A stretch of 64,000 nt of DNA from Tubiluchus corallicola (GCA_030141605.1 JAQGDQ010001041.1:1-64000), one strand, 5' to 3'. Positions 22,385-37,089 are shown, counted from the first letter of the stretch. Translations and numbers: made by a program. The notes: generated from the sequence alone by a model not told the origin.

Positions 22385-22969
22385 TTAAAGCAAAGCCGGA
22401 ACACAATCTTAAATTGTATGTCCAAACAATCTACTCTTTAAAATATTGAAAGAACCATACAGTTTTTTTTCAAAAATGACTTATGTGAAAGAATTATTAC
22501 CACACAAACGCAATTTCACGTTCGCCCCACTAGTTCTTCGCACTAGCGCCTGCATTTCGGAAACGCGTTGCACAAAAGCAAGTGCTGTATGTATCAGTTC
22601 AGAGGTGTTCGTTTGTGACGTACAGCACATGTCCGACAGCGCATGAAATTTGAATTTTTATCTTAACGCTTGCCGAGTTTTAGTAAAACACATTCAACCT
22701 CTTGCCGTAGCACTGTACTTCAATTTTTGCTTTTGCGAACGCGTGCAACACGTTCGTAGAATATTTTTGCTGTTGAAAATTATGTTCATACATGATGTCA
22801 TCATTAAGATTTTATGATGTCATCATCCGCCGTTAATTAAGTTTTTAATCTTTAATCTATTATTTAATTATTAGAAATGCTTTTGCAGTATTAATTGCGT
22901 TAAAATGGATACCTTTTATCGGTCTTGAAAATGGGGTAGTATGTGAAAAATCATCCTGTCTTCCTTTAA
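22385..22969. mobile_element. TTAA-flanked Kolobok/T2-like MITE, family B
   Basis: TTAA ends. Shares CACTAGCGCCTGCATTTCGGAAA, GTAGCACTGTACTTCAATTTT and TGCTGTTGAAAATTATGTT with the other family B copies. Confidence 0.8.
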
Positions 22970-23907
22970 ACCAAAAGTTTCGACATACAGTGCACACAAT
23001 GACACCATTTTTCACGTACTTTAAAAATTAATATACACGACCCATATTGTTCTTTAAACAAGAGAAAACTTGTCTGTCCAAAAGATGATAGCGGATGTTT
23101 TACCGTACTTGAAAATATATGAAAAATTACCCTGTCTTACTTTAAAGCTTTTCCTCAGCTGTGACAATACAGCTTTTATTTCGCGTTTGAATTATGAACA
23201 AAACATAATCTTGGAACTGAGCCATCTGGTGGACAAAATATCAATTACAGCAAAAAATTGCTTTTGCAAAAATGTCGACAATAGAACGTCTATGGCAATA
23301 ATACAACAAAGAGAACAACATTAGACGCAACAAACTGTCCCTTATAAATACAAAATCGATCAGCTACGTCTTATCAAGCTGCAGAAATATGAAAACAGCA
23401 CATCATTTCACAAAATGTCTGCAAAAATCCACAAAATTGAGCCCCAAAATTTCATAAATGCGCTTAAAATAATGGGGAAACAAATAGGATAGTGCAGAGC
23501 AGGGAAATGTTTATGATACTTGTGGGAAATCATGTCGTCAAATTACCTTACAGGAATAAGCTGTAATGGCTCGCAAAATGCATGAAAACTAGGCAAATGA
23601 TAAATTTAGGAACTAAATATTAGAGCAAATGACATTATCATGTAAAAGCCAACATTCGCTCATACAGCACTCATTCATAACAGACATAAATCTCTTTACA
23701 AACGTATTAACAATGTACAGTGTGTACAGTTTGTCACAAAAATGACTGATATTTTAATGTCTAAAACCCTGAAAACTCTGAAGGGAAGAAATTTACAAGA
23801 ATGCAGCGAATAACTGCTGCTAATTTCAAAGATCTTGAAGTCGTAGTTTTTATCACAATGGTAAAATTAAACATGCACATCAGTTATGAACAATGTTCAG
23901 TTATGAA

Positions 23908-24025
23908 CAGTGCCGGATTAAGGGGGGGGGGGGGCAAGGGACCCAGGCCCTGGGCCACCCATCAAGAGGGTGCCTTCCTTCCAAGCAGGGGGCCACAGGC
24001 CTCCCGCATGCTTAATCCAGCCCCT
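23908..24025. mobile_element. Tiny hAT-like MITE
   Basis: CAGTGCCGGATTAAG ... CTTAATCCAGCCCCT inverted ends with a GC-rich interior. Confidence 0.55.
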
Positions 24026-24091
24026 ACATCAGTAGCCATAATTTAGATTGCCTGAGAAGTATCACAGTCGTTAGTTGCCAGACAGTCTAAG

Positions 24092-24667
24092 TTAAAGGAA
24101 AACAGGATCCTATCCTCTAATACACTGAAAGGAAACATGCTATTTTTTCAAGAATGATTGACGTGAAAGAATTATTACCACAGAAACGTAATTTATCGCC
24201 GTTAATTCTTCGATGTTACATGTACTTCACCATTCGCTAGTTAGATGGGCACTAGTGCCTGCATTTCGGAAATGCATTGCACAAAAAAACAGGTGCTTTT
24301 CCTCTCAGTTGAGAGGTGTTCGCTTGTGATGTAGTGCACAAGTTCGGGAGCTCATGCATGAGCACAGTGTTAACTTGAAGTTTGCCGAGTTTTTATATAC
24401 CACACTGCATGTTGTACAGTAGCACTGTACTTCAATTTTCGCTTTCTCAAACACGTGTAACACGCCCGTGGAAAGTTTGTGCTGTTAAAAATTATGTTGG
24501 TTTGTGATGTCATCACTAATTCGGTCTTCCGTCATTAATTACATTTTCTACCAATTATTTAATTTTCAGAAACGCTTTGGCATTATTATTGGTGTTGTGA
24601 CATGCATACTTTTTACCGTACACTTCAAAATGGAGTAGGGTACGAAAAATCATAGTGCTTTGCTTAA
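24092..24667. mobile_element. Kolobok/T2-like MITE, family B
   Basis: TTAA-AGGAAAACAGGA start. Same internal blocks as 22385-22969. Confidence 0.75.
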
Positions 24668-25779
24668 GTTTCTGTTATAATTTTTACAAGGTCAATCTCT
24701 AAACGTAAGAAACCAAGAAGTAGGATTTTTTAAATATGAAAGTTTGGAAAACCTTCGTGTGTTGTTTTTGTTATTATCAAAAACTCATATTTTCCTGTTC
24801 TACACGTTTATGTACTTGAAATGTAAGTAAGTAAGTAAATTAGTTTATCACCATTTTTAAAATAGCAAAATACATAACTAAGTGATTTATAAATCTGTAC
24901 AACATACAATAATATTACAAAGTGCAAAAGTGATTATTGATTAGTGGTGAAAGGGAGGCGAAAGAACCAGGAGTTATCGAGGTTAGCCACCCTCTCAGAA
25001 TTATTACTAATATAATTAATTAATGCGCATGTACCAAGTAATTAAAAATGATTAGATTTGGCATTCAAGACGATTGAAAATTAAATTATTATACAAATGC
25101 GTTAGTTTCTAAATAAAATCATCTTCAATATTGGGAAAGAAGAGACAAACGTGACTATCTTTAAATAAGAAGTTAATATTTACGTATTTAAAATTAATAT
25201 TATGATTAGGATCATAATAATGCATTAGAAGCCTAGAAGATGACTAGCTCTGTTTTGCTGTAATGAATCATGGCTCTCAACGAACTTATTAACACTGACT
25301 CTGTGCCTTGCTACTTATATTACAAGAGCAGGCTTTTACTACATACAATAACGCCTAATGAGTATTTACGATAATTGCCCTGGTGCAGTTCGTGTAATAT
25401 TTTACAATATATGCATGCAGAGAACGTATAAAATATGCAAAGGCAACTGGAAAATTACACATAGAAATAACAGCTTAATGATAGCAAAGAATTATAATCA
25501 GTTGCTTCAGTTTTGAAAATTACACTATTGTTGTTGTTGTTGTTTTTGGTAACCAAACATTACAGCTTAATTTACAGTCCTACAAATCACGTTGATTCTG
25601 GTAGCAGGATGATCTAGATAGGAGACGTTGTCTTCTAAGATAAAATAATGAATCCGGAGAAGTGTCTTCGGACATGTTTCAATGTATAGTGGTAAGTACA
25701 GTTAGTGAAACGTTAAGGATGCGGATCAGCAAGTAAGCTTATGCAGCACTGGACTTGATTAATTATTTTATGACTTATT

Positions 25780-26265
25780 TGATGACTTATTTCAATTGAA
25801 TTATTTCGACTTGGTGTTGCGTTGGCGGCCATTTTGAATGGCCTTGATCTTGAATAACCTTAGAACACTACTTCTTTGACAGACAATATGCACTTTTACG
25901 TCAGCTGGTACTATACTTATGCCATCTTAAATGCCACCTAGTTGACTTATTCTGGTTGAGTTATTTTGACTTTAGTGTTGCATTGTCGGCCATTTTGAAT
26001 GACCTTGATCTTGAACAACCTTAGAACCCTATTTCTCTGACAGGCAATATGCACTTTTATGTCAGCTGGTAGTATACTTATGCCATCATAAATGCCACCT
26101 AGTTGACTTATTTTAATTGAAATATTTCGACATTAGTGTTGCATTGTCTGCCATTTTGAATGACCTTGGAACACTATTTCTCTGACAGGCAATATGCACT
26201 TTTATGTCAGTTGGTAGTACACGTATGCCATCTTAAATGCCACCAGTTGAGTTATTTTGACTTTA
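25780..26265. repeat. ~161-bp tandem repeat, about 3 copies
   Basis: CCATTTTGAATG occurs at 25829, 25990 and 26151. Confidence 0.85.
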
Positions 26266-27089
26266 AAGTGGAGTTTGTGGCCGTTTGAATATAAGTCCCA
26301 TAACTTTTCCCCCAAAGTGGATTTATGGGGATTTTTAATGTATTATTCAGAACAGGTGTGGATGTCTGTGCAAAAATTCAGCCATTCACTATTTTTGTCC
26401 GAGTGATACCTTATTTCGACCGGACCATTAGCCCATAACTTGCCTAACCTTTCCTTGTAAAGGACACACACACACAGTAGAAAAGTCGATACTGGGGCAA
26501 ATAAACAGAACTAAAAGATACACGAACAATCTCCAAGTTTTTTGACTCGCAATGCAAAATTTTCATGAAAAGTGCTTCAACTGCGTACGCCCAGCCTTGG
26601 ATTGACCCCTAGAGACGCACCAACTATTAACTCTTGCAACAGATTAACGCGAAAGATGTTGAACACCAATGACCACCTTCACAGGAATGGTCACTAATAA
26701 CCACCCATCTGGGATAGACCATTATGCCAGAATGGTGGTCATCTAGAGCACAACAAAAGACCTTAATTGAGATAGATTGTAACAGTATGCTGGCAATAGC
26801 AAATCAAGTTGGCTTCATAGCACAGCTGCGGCAATAATGTTGGCTTCAGAAGTAGTCTCAGAAGCCCACACGAATTAGAGCTTCATATAGACGGACAACA
26901 TAGACACATCAATTGACCAAGCCGTTACTGCCTTAATAATTTCACTAGGGAATTGAGACCGTTCACAGTATCGTCCAGTGCATGCAGGCTGGTACTGTTA
27001 AACTTGTATAATGTAATTAGTTAACGACAGAGAAGCCAGGAACAATTTTTAGATTTTATATGAGATCATTAGTTGTTTATCAACTGGGA

Positions 27090-27165
27090 CGAGACGGTAT
27101 GGTATAATAGTAGCTTTCCGCCTGGGAGGTCGTGAGTTCGCGGCCGGGTCATACCAAAGACTTTC
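27090..27165 (+). mobile_element. tRNA-derived SINE head fragment
   Basis: GGAGGTCGTGAGTTCG B-box-like motif followed by CCGGGTCATACCAAAGACTT, recalled from Meta-type SINE bodies. Confidence 0.4.
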
Positions 27166-27294
27166 GCGTGGTATTTAGGGTGAAAGTGGGGTAACAATAG
27201 TCACTGCTATGTAGTTGTAGGGTTGTTATTTATAATCGGGAAGAACATCTATGAACTTGTGCGAATTGTTAATCCAAAGACCGACTTTAAATAA

Positions 27295-27543
<249 letters not shown>

Positions 27544-27639
27544 AAGTATTGCTGTCGATGGTATTCTTGTTCCTGTACAATTATCTTTGAAAACTTTCAG
27601 AGGCCAAAATTTTCATCGTAAATTTTGAAATTTTGCTTA

Positions 27640-27930
27640 AACATACCATACGGGTCTGGTACAGACCGTAACAGACCAGTCTTTCATCTTTCCAATATGA
27701 CCCTCAAATATGCCTATTAAATGCACCGTTAAATGCCTATTAAATGAATCCGCCGTACACACTATTAGATAGATATGGTTTCTTTCATTCTCATGCAGGT
27801 TTATGCTTATGGATCTGCCCCATTTCGAACACCATTTACCATTATCATGAATCCATCTCTTCTTCAAATTTAGAATATACACTGTTTGTCCCGTAATGAG
27901 TAAATAACAGTACTTTACAGCTTTCAAAAG
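27640..27930 (-). pseudogene. Degraded CR1/L2-like LINE ORF2 C-terminal fragment
   Basis: GRSISINLHENERNHIYLIVCTA and VCTRPVWY weakly resemble LGVTISxDLSWNxHI..A and CIRPVLEY. Confidence 0.35.
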
Positions 27931-28475
27931 ACTCGCGGAAACGTATAAAGTGGAGACGTACTGCAAGATTTAAGTCACGTGTACTAGATCCAAGGACGTT
28001 AGTGCTTCTATGCTATTTGTAACACAAGAAACTAGCTGCTGTCTGATACGGGAAAAAGCCACGATGGCATACGACTAGAAAATGATCTAATGACAAAGAC
28101 CTCAGTAGTTACAATCGGATACGAATGTCAACTTTCCAATCTCTGACTTGACTTCAACTGTGTCACCAACATTGGGTCGACTATTCATGAGGGTAAAGGA
28201 GTAATAAGGAACGTCGCTCTGCAAACTTTCTTGCAAACTTCTTGCACCTTAAATGCCAGAAACTATTACACTAACTGAGCAAGACTAGAAGAAAAGTTGT
28301 GTTACTTCAAACGACCTCTACTGTTCTGGCAAGTACATTGAAAAACATTCACACAAACAATTCAATCTACCCAGATGGTGCCTGTATGTAACCCCTGCAT
28401 CTGATACGTGTAAGGTAACAAATCTCATCGTTTTTACTCAGCAGTAGAGATCATACTCGCGAAATACATGGAGTG

Positions 28476-28481
28476 AGAGGA

Positions 28482-28577
<96 letters not shown>

Positions 28578-28600
28578 TGAGAGAGAGAGAGAAAGAGAGG
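28476..28600. repeat. (GA)n microsatellite
   Basis: Seen directly. Confidence 0.95.
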
Positions 28601-29189
28601 AGAACAGGGAAAGAGTGGGAGAGAGAAAAAGATGGGAAAGGAGAAAGGATGAGGAGGGATAAGGAAGAAAAGAAGTGGAGAGGCAAACAGAAAAAAACCG
28701 AAGGCTTTATCTTACTAAAATAGCAGATTTGCAACTAAAAACGCAACCGCGATTTTTCTATTGAAAATATTTCTGGGAAATACTTCTTCCGTGAAACGAC
28801 CTAAACCCACCCAAACCTAATCAGCAGGTACTGACAGAGTTGAATTAAATGCACTCACCTGTGATTATGCGTAGGCCTATTTGGTCCAGAGTTGCTTACA
28901 TACAGACGTCACTTAACCATTAGTGACTGCAATAAAACCAAACGACAATCAATAACATGTGAACGGTGAAACAGTACCGGCTACACCATGCTGCAATTAT
29001 TATTCACATATTATTATTAATAACTTCCACGTAGATTGTAGAAAAATAATGCATAATGAAGATGATAGTACTGCAACAACGGTTTCTGTTTCATGATAGC
29101 ACAAAACAGAAGAACAAATTAACAAACATGCACAGGTTGTAAAATTCTTCTACAGGTTAAACAATCTAAAACACCGTGGTATCAGTAAC

Positions 29190-29460
29190 AAATAAACAAT
29201 GTCTCACTAGATGTCATGCAGCGAGACATCAGTAAGAAATAAATAATGTCTCATCACATGTTCTGCAGCGAGATATCAGAAAGAATTGAACGATGTCGCA
29301 TCACTTGCTGTGCAGTGAGATGTCAGTAATGACTAAACGATGTCTCACTACTTGCTGTGCAGGGAGACATCAGCAACAAATAAACGATGTCTCACCACTT
29401 GTTGTTCAGCGAGACGTCATTAAGAATTGAAAGATGTCTCACTACTTACTGTTCAGTGAG
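29190..29460. repeat. ~47-bp degenerate minisatellite
   Basis: TGTCTCAC-like motif at 29201, 29247, 29294, 29341, 29388 and 29435. Confidence 0.8.
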
Positions 29461-30084
29461 GCAACAATAAAAAACTACTTTTTGTGTAACGAAACGTCAG
29501 CAAGTTAACGTTGTCAAGTACTGAATCGGAGTGCAGACTTGCCACAAAGATAATGGCGAAAAAGGAGGACAGGGGACACAAGAGAATTACTTTACAAATT
29601 AGAAGCTATATAGTGTGAGAAAAACCACCTGCGCCCTCTCTGTCTCTCTCAAACACACAAACACACTAATTAAGGCAAGAATTTGAAAATTCTGAAACAC
29701 AGATGATGCACCATAATAGCTAGTGTTCCAATGTTTTTCATGACTTAGACAAACAGCTCACCATGTTGGTTCCTGCATTTACAGTACGGTCATCTTTTTT
29801 GTTTACCCCATAAAGTAAACCATTATCGTACAGTAACTTAATCTAGTGCAGTTATTCACATAGTTGTAATCCAGATGCAACCGCTTTATTGTAAAGCAAA
29901 GGTCTCTGGTTTTAACATCACTGGATAAACGCATCCCATTCGACCTTCAAAAACAATACGGCTGCAAGAGCACATTTAGGTCCATAAATGCTCATATAAT
30001 TCTTAACGACCACAGACAGTGTTGTTTTATGGTCGCCTAGGCATCTATGATTCAGAGTATAGTGCTGTTTGTAGATCTGCACGA

Positions 30085-31388
30085 AGAATGGATGACTGGA
30101 CAACTAGGATGGATGGACTGAGTGAATGGACAACTAGGATTGATGTACCAGATGAATGAACAACTAGGACGGATTGACTGGATTTGTGGACAACTAGGAT
30201 GGATGGACTGGGTGAATGGACAACTAAGATGGATGGACTGAGTGAATGGACAACTAGGATTGTTGTACCAGATGAATGAACAACTAGGACGGATTGACTG
30301 GATTTGTGGACAACTAGGATGGATGGACTGGGTGAATGGATGACTAGGATGGATGGACCAGATGAATAAACAACTAGGACGGATTGACTGGGTGAATGAA
30401 CAACTAGGATGGATTAACTAGATTTGTGGACAACTGGGATGGATTGACTGGGTGAATGGACAACTGGGATGGATTAACTGGGTGAATGGACAACTGGGAT
30501 GGATTGACTGAGTGAATGGACAACTAGGATGGATGGACTGGATGAATGGACAACTAGGATGGATGGACTGGGTGAATGGACAACTAGGATTGATGTACCA
30601 GATGAATGAATAACTAGGACGGATTGACTGGGTGAATGGACAACTGGGATGGATTGAGTGGGTGAATGGACAACTAGGATGGCTGAACTGAGTGAATGGA
30701 CAACTAGGATGGCTGGACTGAGTGAATGGACAACTAGGATGGATGGACCAGATGAATGAACAACCAGGACGGATTGACTGGGTGAATGGACAACTAGGAT
30801 GGATGGACCAGATGAATGAACAACCAGGACGGATTGACTGGGTGAATGGACAACTAGGATGGATGGTCTGGATGAATGGACAACTAGGATGGATGGACTG
30901 GATGAATGGACAACTAGGATGGATTGACTGGGTGAATGGACAACTAGGATGGATTGACTGGGTGAATGGACAACTAGGATGGATGGTCTGGATGAATGGA
31001 CAACTAGGATGGATGGACCAGATGAATGAACAACCAGGACGGATTGACTGGGTGAATAGACAACTAGGATGGATGGTCTGGATGAATGGACAACTAGGAT
31101 GGATGGACTGGATGAATGGACAACTAGGATGGATTGACTGGGTGAATGGACAACTAGGATGGATTGACTGGGTGAATGGACAACTAGGATGGATGGTCTG
31201 GATGAATGGACAACTAGGATGGATGGACCAGATGAATGAACAACCAGGACGGATTGACTGGGTGAATAGACAACTAGGATGGATGGTCTGGATGAATGGA
31301 CAACTAGGATGGATGGACTGGATGAATGGACAACTAGGATGGATTGACTGGGTGAATGGACAACTAGGATGGATGGTCTGGATGACTA
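30085..31388. repeat. 30-bp minisatellite (GGTGAATGGACAACTAGGATGGATTGACTG), about 43 copies
   Basis: Exact 30-bp register across the array. Confidence 0.97.
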
Positions 31389-32061
31389 GCGACGGTCAAC
31401 TCCCATAAACAGACACATTGGATCACAGTACAAAGCAAGGCGCCTAAGCAAAGAAGATATAAACAGAGCTTAAGTAACTAATCTTACAGCTATAATTATA
31501 AGTATGTAAGAAAATGTAATGAACCCTTCAAACATTCTGACAGCAAACATGCAAGTGTGAACAGCTTTGCGAGTTACTGTCAGCAAATTACTGCAAACTC
31601 TCCGACAGTTGCTGCCAAATAAAATTGCTGGCTATTATATTTTTTAAAATATGGAGCACTTCTGTCATTCCTTGCCATTTGTACAACAAATGAGTTGCGG
31701 TTAGTTACCAATGACGACAAATATCAGAATAAGAACGAGAATAAACAACAAAAACAAAAAATGGATCCCGAAAGTGACGAGTATTCATGAATTATTGTAC
31801 TTTTTCGAAATCATTACTCGTTAAAAAGTGGTAGCGAAGTAAACATCCCGAGACAAACTGAATAAAATAGCAAAAGTGATTTTTATTATTTTACAGAGTT
31901 TCAAAACAGGTTTCGAACACCGGGTCGGTATGCATGTTTACAGCAATTGGTTGTTCCAGGACTGGGACCTAGCTCGTGAAGGTTAATACTCTTTAAGGTG
32001 AGACGATGGACAGATGACAGTGTCATATCAATGAAGCTCTATGGCAGATGAAGTCACCAAA

Positions 32062-32123
32062 CTGGTGGTCACCCATCCAGCTATTAACTAGGCATGGCAT
32101 TACCTTACTTCAGTCACTGAGCG
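32062..32123 (-). mobile_element. 5S rRNA-derived (SINE3-like) fragment
   Basis: Minus strand GAAGTAAGG...GCCTAGTTAATAGCTGGATGGGTGACCACCAG resembles 5S GAAGCTAAG...GCCTGGTTAGTACTTGGATGGGAGACCGCCTG. Confidence 0.55.
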
Positions 32124-32989
32124 CAGACTGTGGGTGGTTACTGGCATGAGCGTGACATGGCGTCAACTGCAGCTTCAGTTCCCAGGCAACTAATTTTGGC
32201 ATCTTGCCAACAATTTTACCTCAATTTCCAACAAGGGCATATTCGTTTAAGCTACAGTTAAGCACGAACGGATACCGAAACAGGCACTATAAATCACTAA
32301 TGATCATTTCATTTTTTCAGGAAAATTTCCAGCAAATTTATTAACATTAAGATGCTACGGCTCAAGACAGCCAGTTGAGTTGCGCAGCAGACAGACAGAC
32401 AGACACACAGACAGTTGACTCGCCAAACGTCCGGATAAAATATTTAAAATCTTGCTCGTTTTAACGCTCGACTTAAATTTTCAGTCTGGTGTCGAAATGG
32501 CGGCCATAAATACGAGTTTATGCGGCTTACAAACGAAACGAAGGCATTCACACAAAATTAGAGGCACTTTATAAATTATGCAGTTCATTCAACGCAACGT
32601 TAGATTAGCATAAGCTGGACTTTCATTCTCCATTATGAATTTTTGCGACGTAATTTAAATTTGCGCGTGTTTGTACTTGCCTGCATAAACAGATGTAAAA
32701 TGGAAATTATAAACACTAAATAATACATAAAATGAAGCAAGATTTTCATGGTTGGTTCGTACTGTCCTGGAAATTTTAGTCAGAATCATCACCACAACTA
32801 ACGCGTGGGATACAGACGCTATTGCATAAATTCTGATCAAATTTAGCAAGATAGTGTTTATCGTTTGACTGTGCCAGGTCGAGTGTGGTTTACTCGTGTC
32901 TGAAATATAGATGATCACGCTCATGTGTAACTGAACAGTGTGCACAAATTACAGCTGCTTTTTACTGCAGTTGGCTGTGGAGACTTTGA

Positions 32990-33592
32990 TTAAAAGGAAG
33001 ACACGGTGATTTTTCGTATACTACCCCATTTTCAAGTCCGATAAAAAGTATACATTTTAACACAATTAATATTGCAAAGCGTTTCTGATCATTAAAAAAT
33101 AGATTAAAAACTTAATTAACAGCGGACGAGCGCCTGTTACATCACAAACTAACATAATTTTCAACAGCACAAACATTCCACGAGCGTGTTGCACGTGTTT
33201 GCAAAAGTGAAAATTGAAGTGCAGTGCTACTGTAAGATATTCAGTGTGTTATACTAAAACTACACAAGTTTCAAGATAAAAGTTCAAATTTATCGCTGTG
33301 CTCATGCATGAGCTGTCGAACGTGTGCAGAGCGTCACAAACGAACACATTTGAACTAAGAAGTACAGCAAATATTTTTGGGTAATGTGTTTCCGAAATGC
33401 AGGCGCTAGTGCCCGTCTAACCAGCGAATGGCGAAATGCATGAAACAGCAAAGTACTAGAGGTGCGAACGCGAAATTGCGTTTGTGTGGCGATAATAAGT
33501 CATTTTTGAAAAAATTGTATGTTTCCTTTCAATATTTAAAAAAGTAAATTGTTTTGACCTACAGTTAAAGATTGCATCCAGTTTTGCTTTAA
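32990..33592. mobile_element. Kolobok/T2-like MITE, family B (inverted)
   Basis: TTAA-AAGGAAGACACGGTGATTTTTC ... GTTTTGCT-TTAA. Reverse complement of the family B blocks. Confidence 0.8.
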
Positions 33593-34548
33593 TTAAAATG
33601 AACTCAAGATGAAAATTAAAGAAAAATACAAAAAATTATCAAAAGACTTGATAAAACGATAAAACATTTGATTGTGTTAATATATTTAGATTAATATATT
33701 GCTCTCCTAGCTTAATATATTTGTAAACTGTGCTGGTCAGACATGGCAAAATACAGTTTACTAATATTCAATCCGCGAGCATAGCTGATTTTTAACTTAT
33801 GTCAGGTATTTTTAGATATCTACTCACAACGTTAACTAACTCGAAAACTATAATACGTAGAGTCACGAATTTTGCAGGATAGATACCTGGGGAATAGGCT
33901 GACAATGATGTGGTTTAAAAAGCTTATATTGTTCAAGAACCCAAGACAGAAGCCAAAATGTGAAAATTGGGCAAGCTGCGCAGTCACATTGGGTAAACCG
34001 CATTGGCCCAGGCATAGTCAAGTGACAATTTGTGCGTGGTCATCAATAGTTCTGGCATGAGTAACCAGACTCGACCTGACACAGTCAAGCGATAAAAACG
34101 GTCGTGCTAAATTTGGATCTGAATCCAGTCTTGCTATATTTGACTTGACAGCAATCCCGATTGAAACATTACCGTATAAGGGCTAAGATATTTTTTGCGT
34201 TCTTGACAGTTATCTTGAATATTTCCTGGAATATCCCGAGTGCGATAGGATTTTTCCCATTAGCATCTCGAATGTGTCAGCAATATAAGGACAAGATAAA
34301 CGTAGTTAGCATGTTAGAAGAGAAAGGCAATGAAAGCTGTGTTGGTCAGTATACATGTATGTAATCTAGTGCAAGAAGCCACAGCGTTCTTGAGTTTTCC
34401 AACCATCCAATCTATAGCCACAATAACACACACTGGAATCAATAAACGCATTTAGTGACATACTTGACATTACAATAATCTAATAACCTGACTGGATATA
34501 GCCAAACCTTGGGTATGAGCAGCCTTAGAGAATGTATATTGGGTCATT

Positions 34549-34550
<2 letters not shown>

Positions 34551-34615
<65 letters not shown>

Positions 34616-34673
34616 GTGTGTGTGTGTGTGTGTGCGTGCGTGTGTGTTGGAGAGGGAGAGAGAGAGAGAGAGA
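34551..34673. repeat. (TG)n + (GA)n microsatellite
   Basis: Seen directly. Confidence 0.95.
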
Positions 34674-35399
34674 GTTCGTATTTTCTAGTTCTATTTCAGA
34701 ACCGTGAAAGCAGATTTTTAAATCCGAAAGCTTGGTTTTTAACGAAAACTTTATTGGGTTTTTACTATAGACTCTCTGTGAGTTTTGTTAATACTGAAAC
34801 TCGCTTAATGAAAACAAACAGCGAAGCCACCACCAGCACAAGAAACAGAATTTCTGTTACGCCTTTTGAATATCAACAGAATAAATATTCTCCATTGATT
34901 ACAATGTCCTCCTTCAGAACAGATTCATCATTATCAACATTGCTTAACATTCGCGTCAACACTTCCTACCTTATTAGCCAGGATAACAAATGGAGTGCCT
35001 GCATTCAGAAGCTGTCATACAAATCAGGAGTTGCAATCGATGCTTAATTGTCACAAGTCTTTCTGGTTATAACAAACAAGGCAGCTGCTTGGGTAATGCC
35101 GGCCGTGCAGAATGCATAAATATCCTAGTTCTTACAGCCAGACGCTACGGGAGACAAATTTTCCCGGAAAGGATAGCAGTGTACACTTCCGAGAGGAAAT
35201 ACTTTATAATTAAGGGGGCGGGGATTTTTTAAATAGCTGACACAGAAGAGAACAGCTGCTACGCACCATCCCGTTTCCTTTTTTTCCAAGAACCCAATGA
35301 ACAGGCAATGAAAAAGTTCGTTGGCCGTCCAACAAGCAAAATAGTTTGTATCTTTAAGGTATTTTTACTAATAAATAAAAACTGTCAACATCGCTTGCT

Positions 35400-36165
35400 T
35401 ACTAACCTGTACACACAGCCACAACGCTTAACTTACTCAGCCGCAATGCTTAACCTGTGCACGCAGTATGCCACAATATTTTATGTATGCATGTATCATG
35501 CTTACTCAGCCACAATGCTTAACGTGTACACGCAGAATGCCACAAGATTTTATGTATGCATGTAACATGCTTACTCAGCCACAATGCTTAACCTGTGCAC
35601 GCAGTATGCCACAATATTTTATGTAAGCATGTAACATGCTTACTCAGCCACAATGCTTAACCCGTGCAAGCAGTATGTTTACTTAACCACAATGCTTAAC
35701 GTGTGCACGCAGTATGCCACAATCTTTTATGTATGCATGTAACAGGCTTACTCAGCCACGATGCTTAACGTGTGCGCGCAGTATGCCACAATGCTTAACG
35801 TGTGAACGCAGTATGCCACAATATTTTAAGTATGCATGTATCATGCTTACTCAGCCACGATGCTTAACGTGTGCACGCAGTATGCCACAATGCTTAACGT
35901 GTGCACGCAGTATGCCACAATATTTTATGTATGCATGTATCATGCTTACTCAGCCACAATGCTTAACGTGTGCACGCAGTATGCCACAATATTTTATGTA
36001 TGCATGTATCATGCTTACTCAGCCACAATGCTTAACGTGTGCACGCAGTATGCCACAATATTTTATGTATGCATGTATTATGCTTACTCAGCCACAATGC
36101 TTAACGTGTGCACGCAGTATGCCACAATATTTTATGTATGCACGTAACATGCTTATTCAGCCACA
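35400..36165. repeat. 69-bp minisatellite with 30-bp subrepeats
   Basis: CAGCCACAATGCTTAACGTGTGCACGCAGTATGCCACAAT... occurs at 35951, 36020 and 36089. Confidence 0.92.
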
Positions 36166-36871
36166 TAGTTTATGAATCTCATATTTTTAATAACTCACAC
36201 GAAACAAACAGACTTACATAATCCACTGAGTTAAAATATTGCCTGTCCAGGAGGACTTTCAAGCAATAATTTCGCAACAAAATTCATCTACTAAGCATAA
36301 ACGATATTTCCAGAAACACAATCAACGTTGCAGAATTTTTATTACTCTTTCCAAACCTTATTTTCGCAGGCCGTGGGCCATTTTCACGTACAATAAGTCA
36401 ATATACAATAAGCCAGCAAAATTCCAACATACATGCATTAATAATGTATGCAGTGCACATACTGAAACCCAAATACAGACGTCATAGGTTCAATACGTAC
36501 TGACAAACTCTCTTATCTAATTGAGCAGTCGTCACTAGTTAGAGTCTCTAATCAAATTTGCAGTAATTTCCAACTCTTAGCGAGCAATCAAAATGACTGG
36601 TACAAAGTAGAAATTCGTTTACGGCTAAATGAAATTGTCTCTATTGCCGATTGCCGTCTCAAAAACAAAAGGAGGTCATTGAAACACCAAGACGTCATCA
36701 AAACGAGGATGTTAAGTTGATTTGTCATTTAACCAGCGCCTTCCATATTGGGGAAATAAAGAAATGAGACGTTTTTTGTTTGCCATTGCCAGACGAAAAA
36801 AGGAAAAAGACAATCAAAACGTTGTAAAACGAACTTGACAGAAAGGAAAGAAATGCAAAAAACAAAGCTCT

Positions 36872-36934
36872 GAGCCCAAATTTGAACCAGGGACTTTTGG
36901 GTTACAAGTCTAATACTATGACCATTACACTACA
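36872..36934 (-). mobile_element. tRNA-derived SINE head (similar relics near 12672, 43095 and 47743)
   Basis: Minus strand TAGTGTAATGG (A box) ... GTCCCTGGTTCAAAT (B box). No complete cloverleaf. Confidence 0.5.
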
Positions 36935-37089
36935 GATACTCTGAAGGAAGCTAATAACCCACTATTTAACTTCAGCACTTACAAGTGTTAGTTTACTTAC
37001 GATGAATTAACTAATCATTACCAACTAATTACACTAACTTTATATAATTAATTTAGAGCCTAGAATAAATATTAGAGCATTAGAGCACC

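Noticed and set aside
30722-31408. 228-aa Trp/Gly repeat ORF
   Set aside because: It is a translation of a 30-bp minisatellite, starts at a GTG, and upstream units contain stops.
36872-36934. Functional tRNA gene (and functional 5S genes at 32062 and 54170)
   Set aside because: Only promoter-box remnants are present; the stems and full length are not recoverable.
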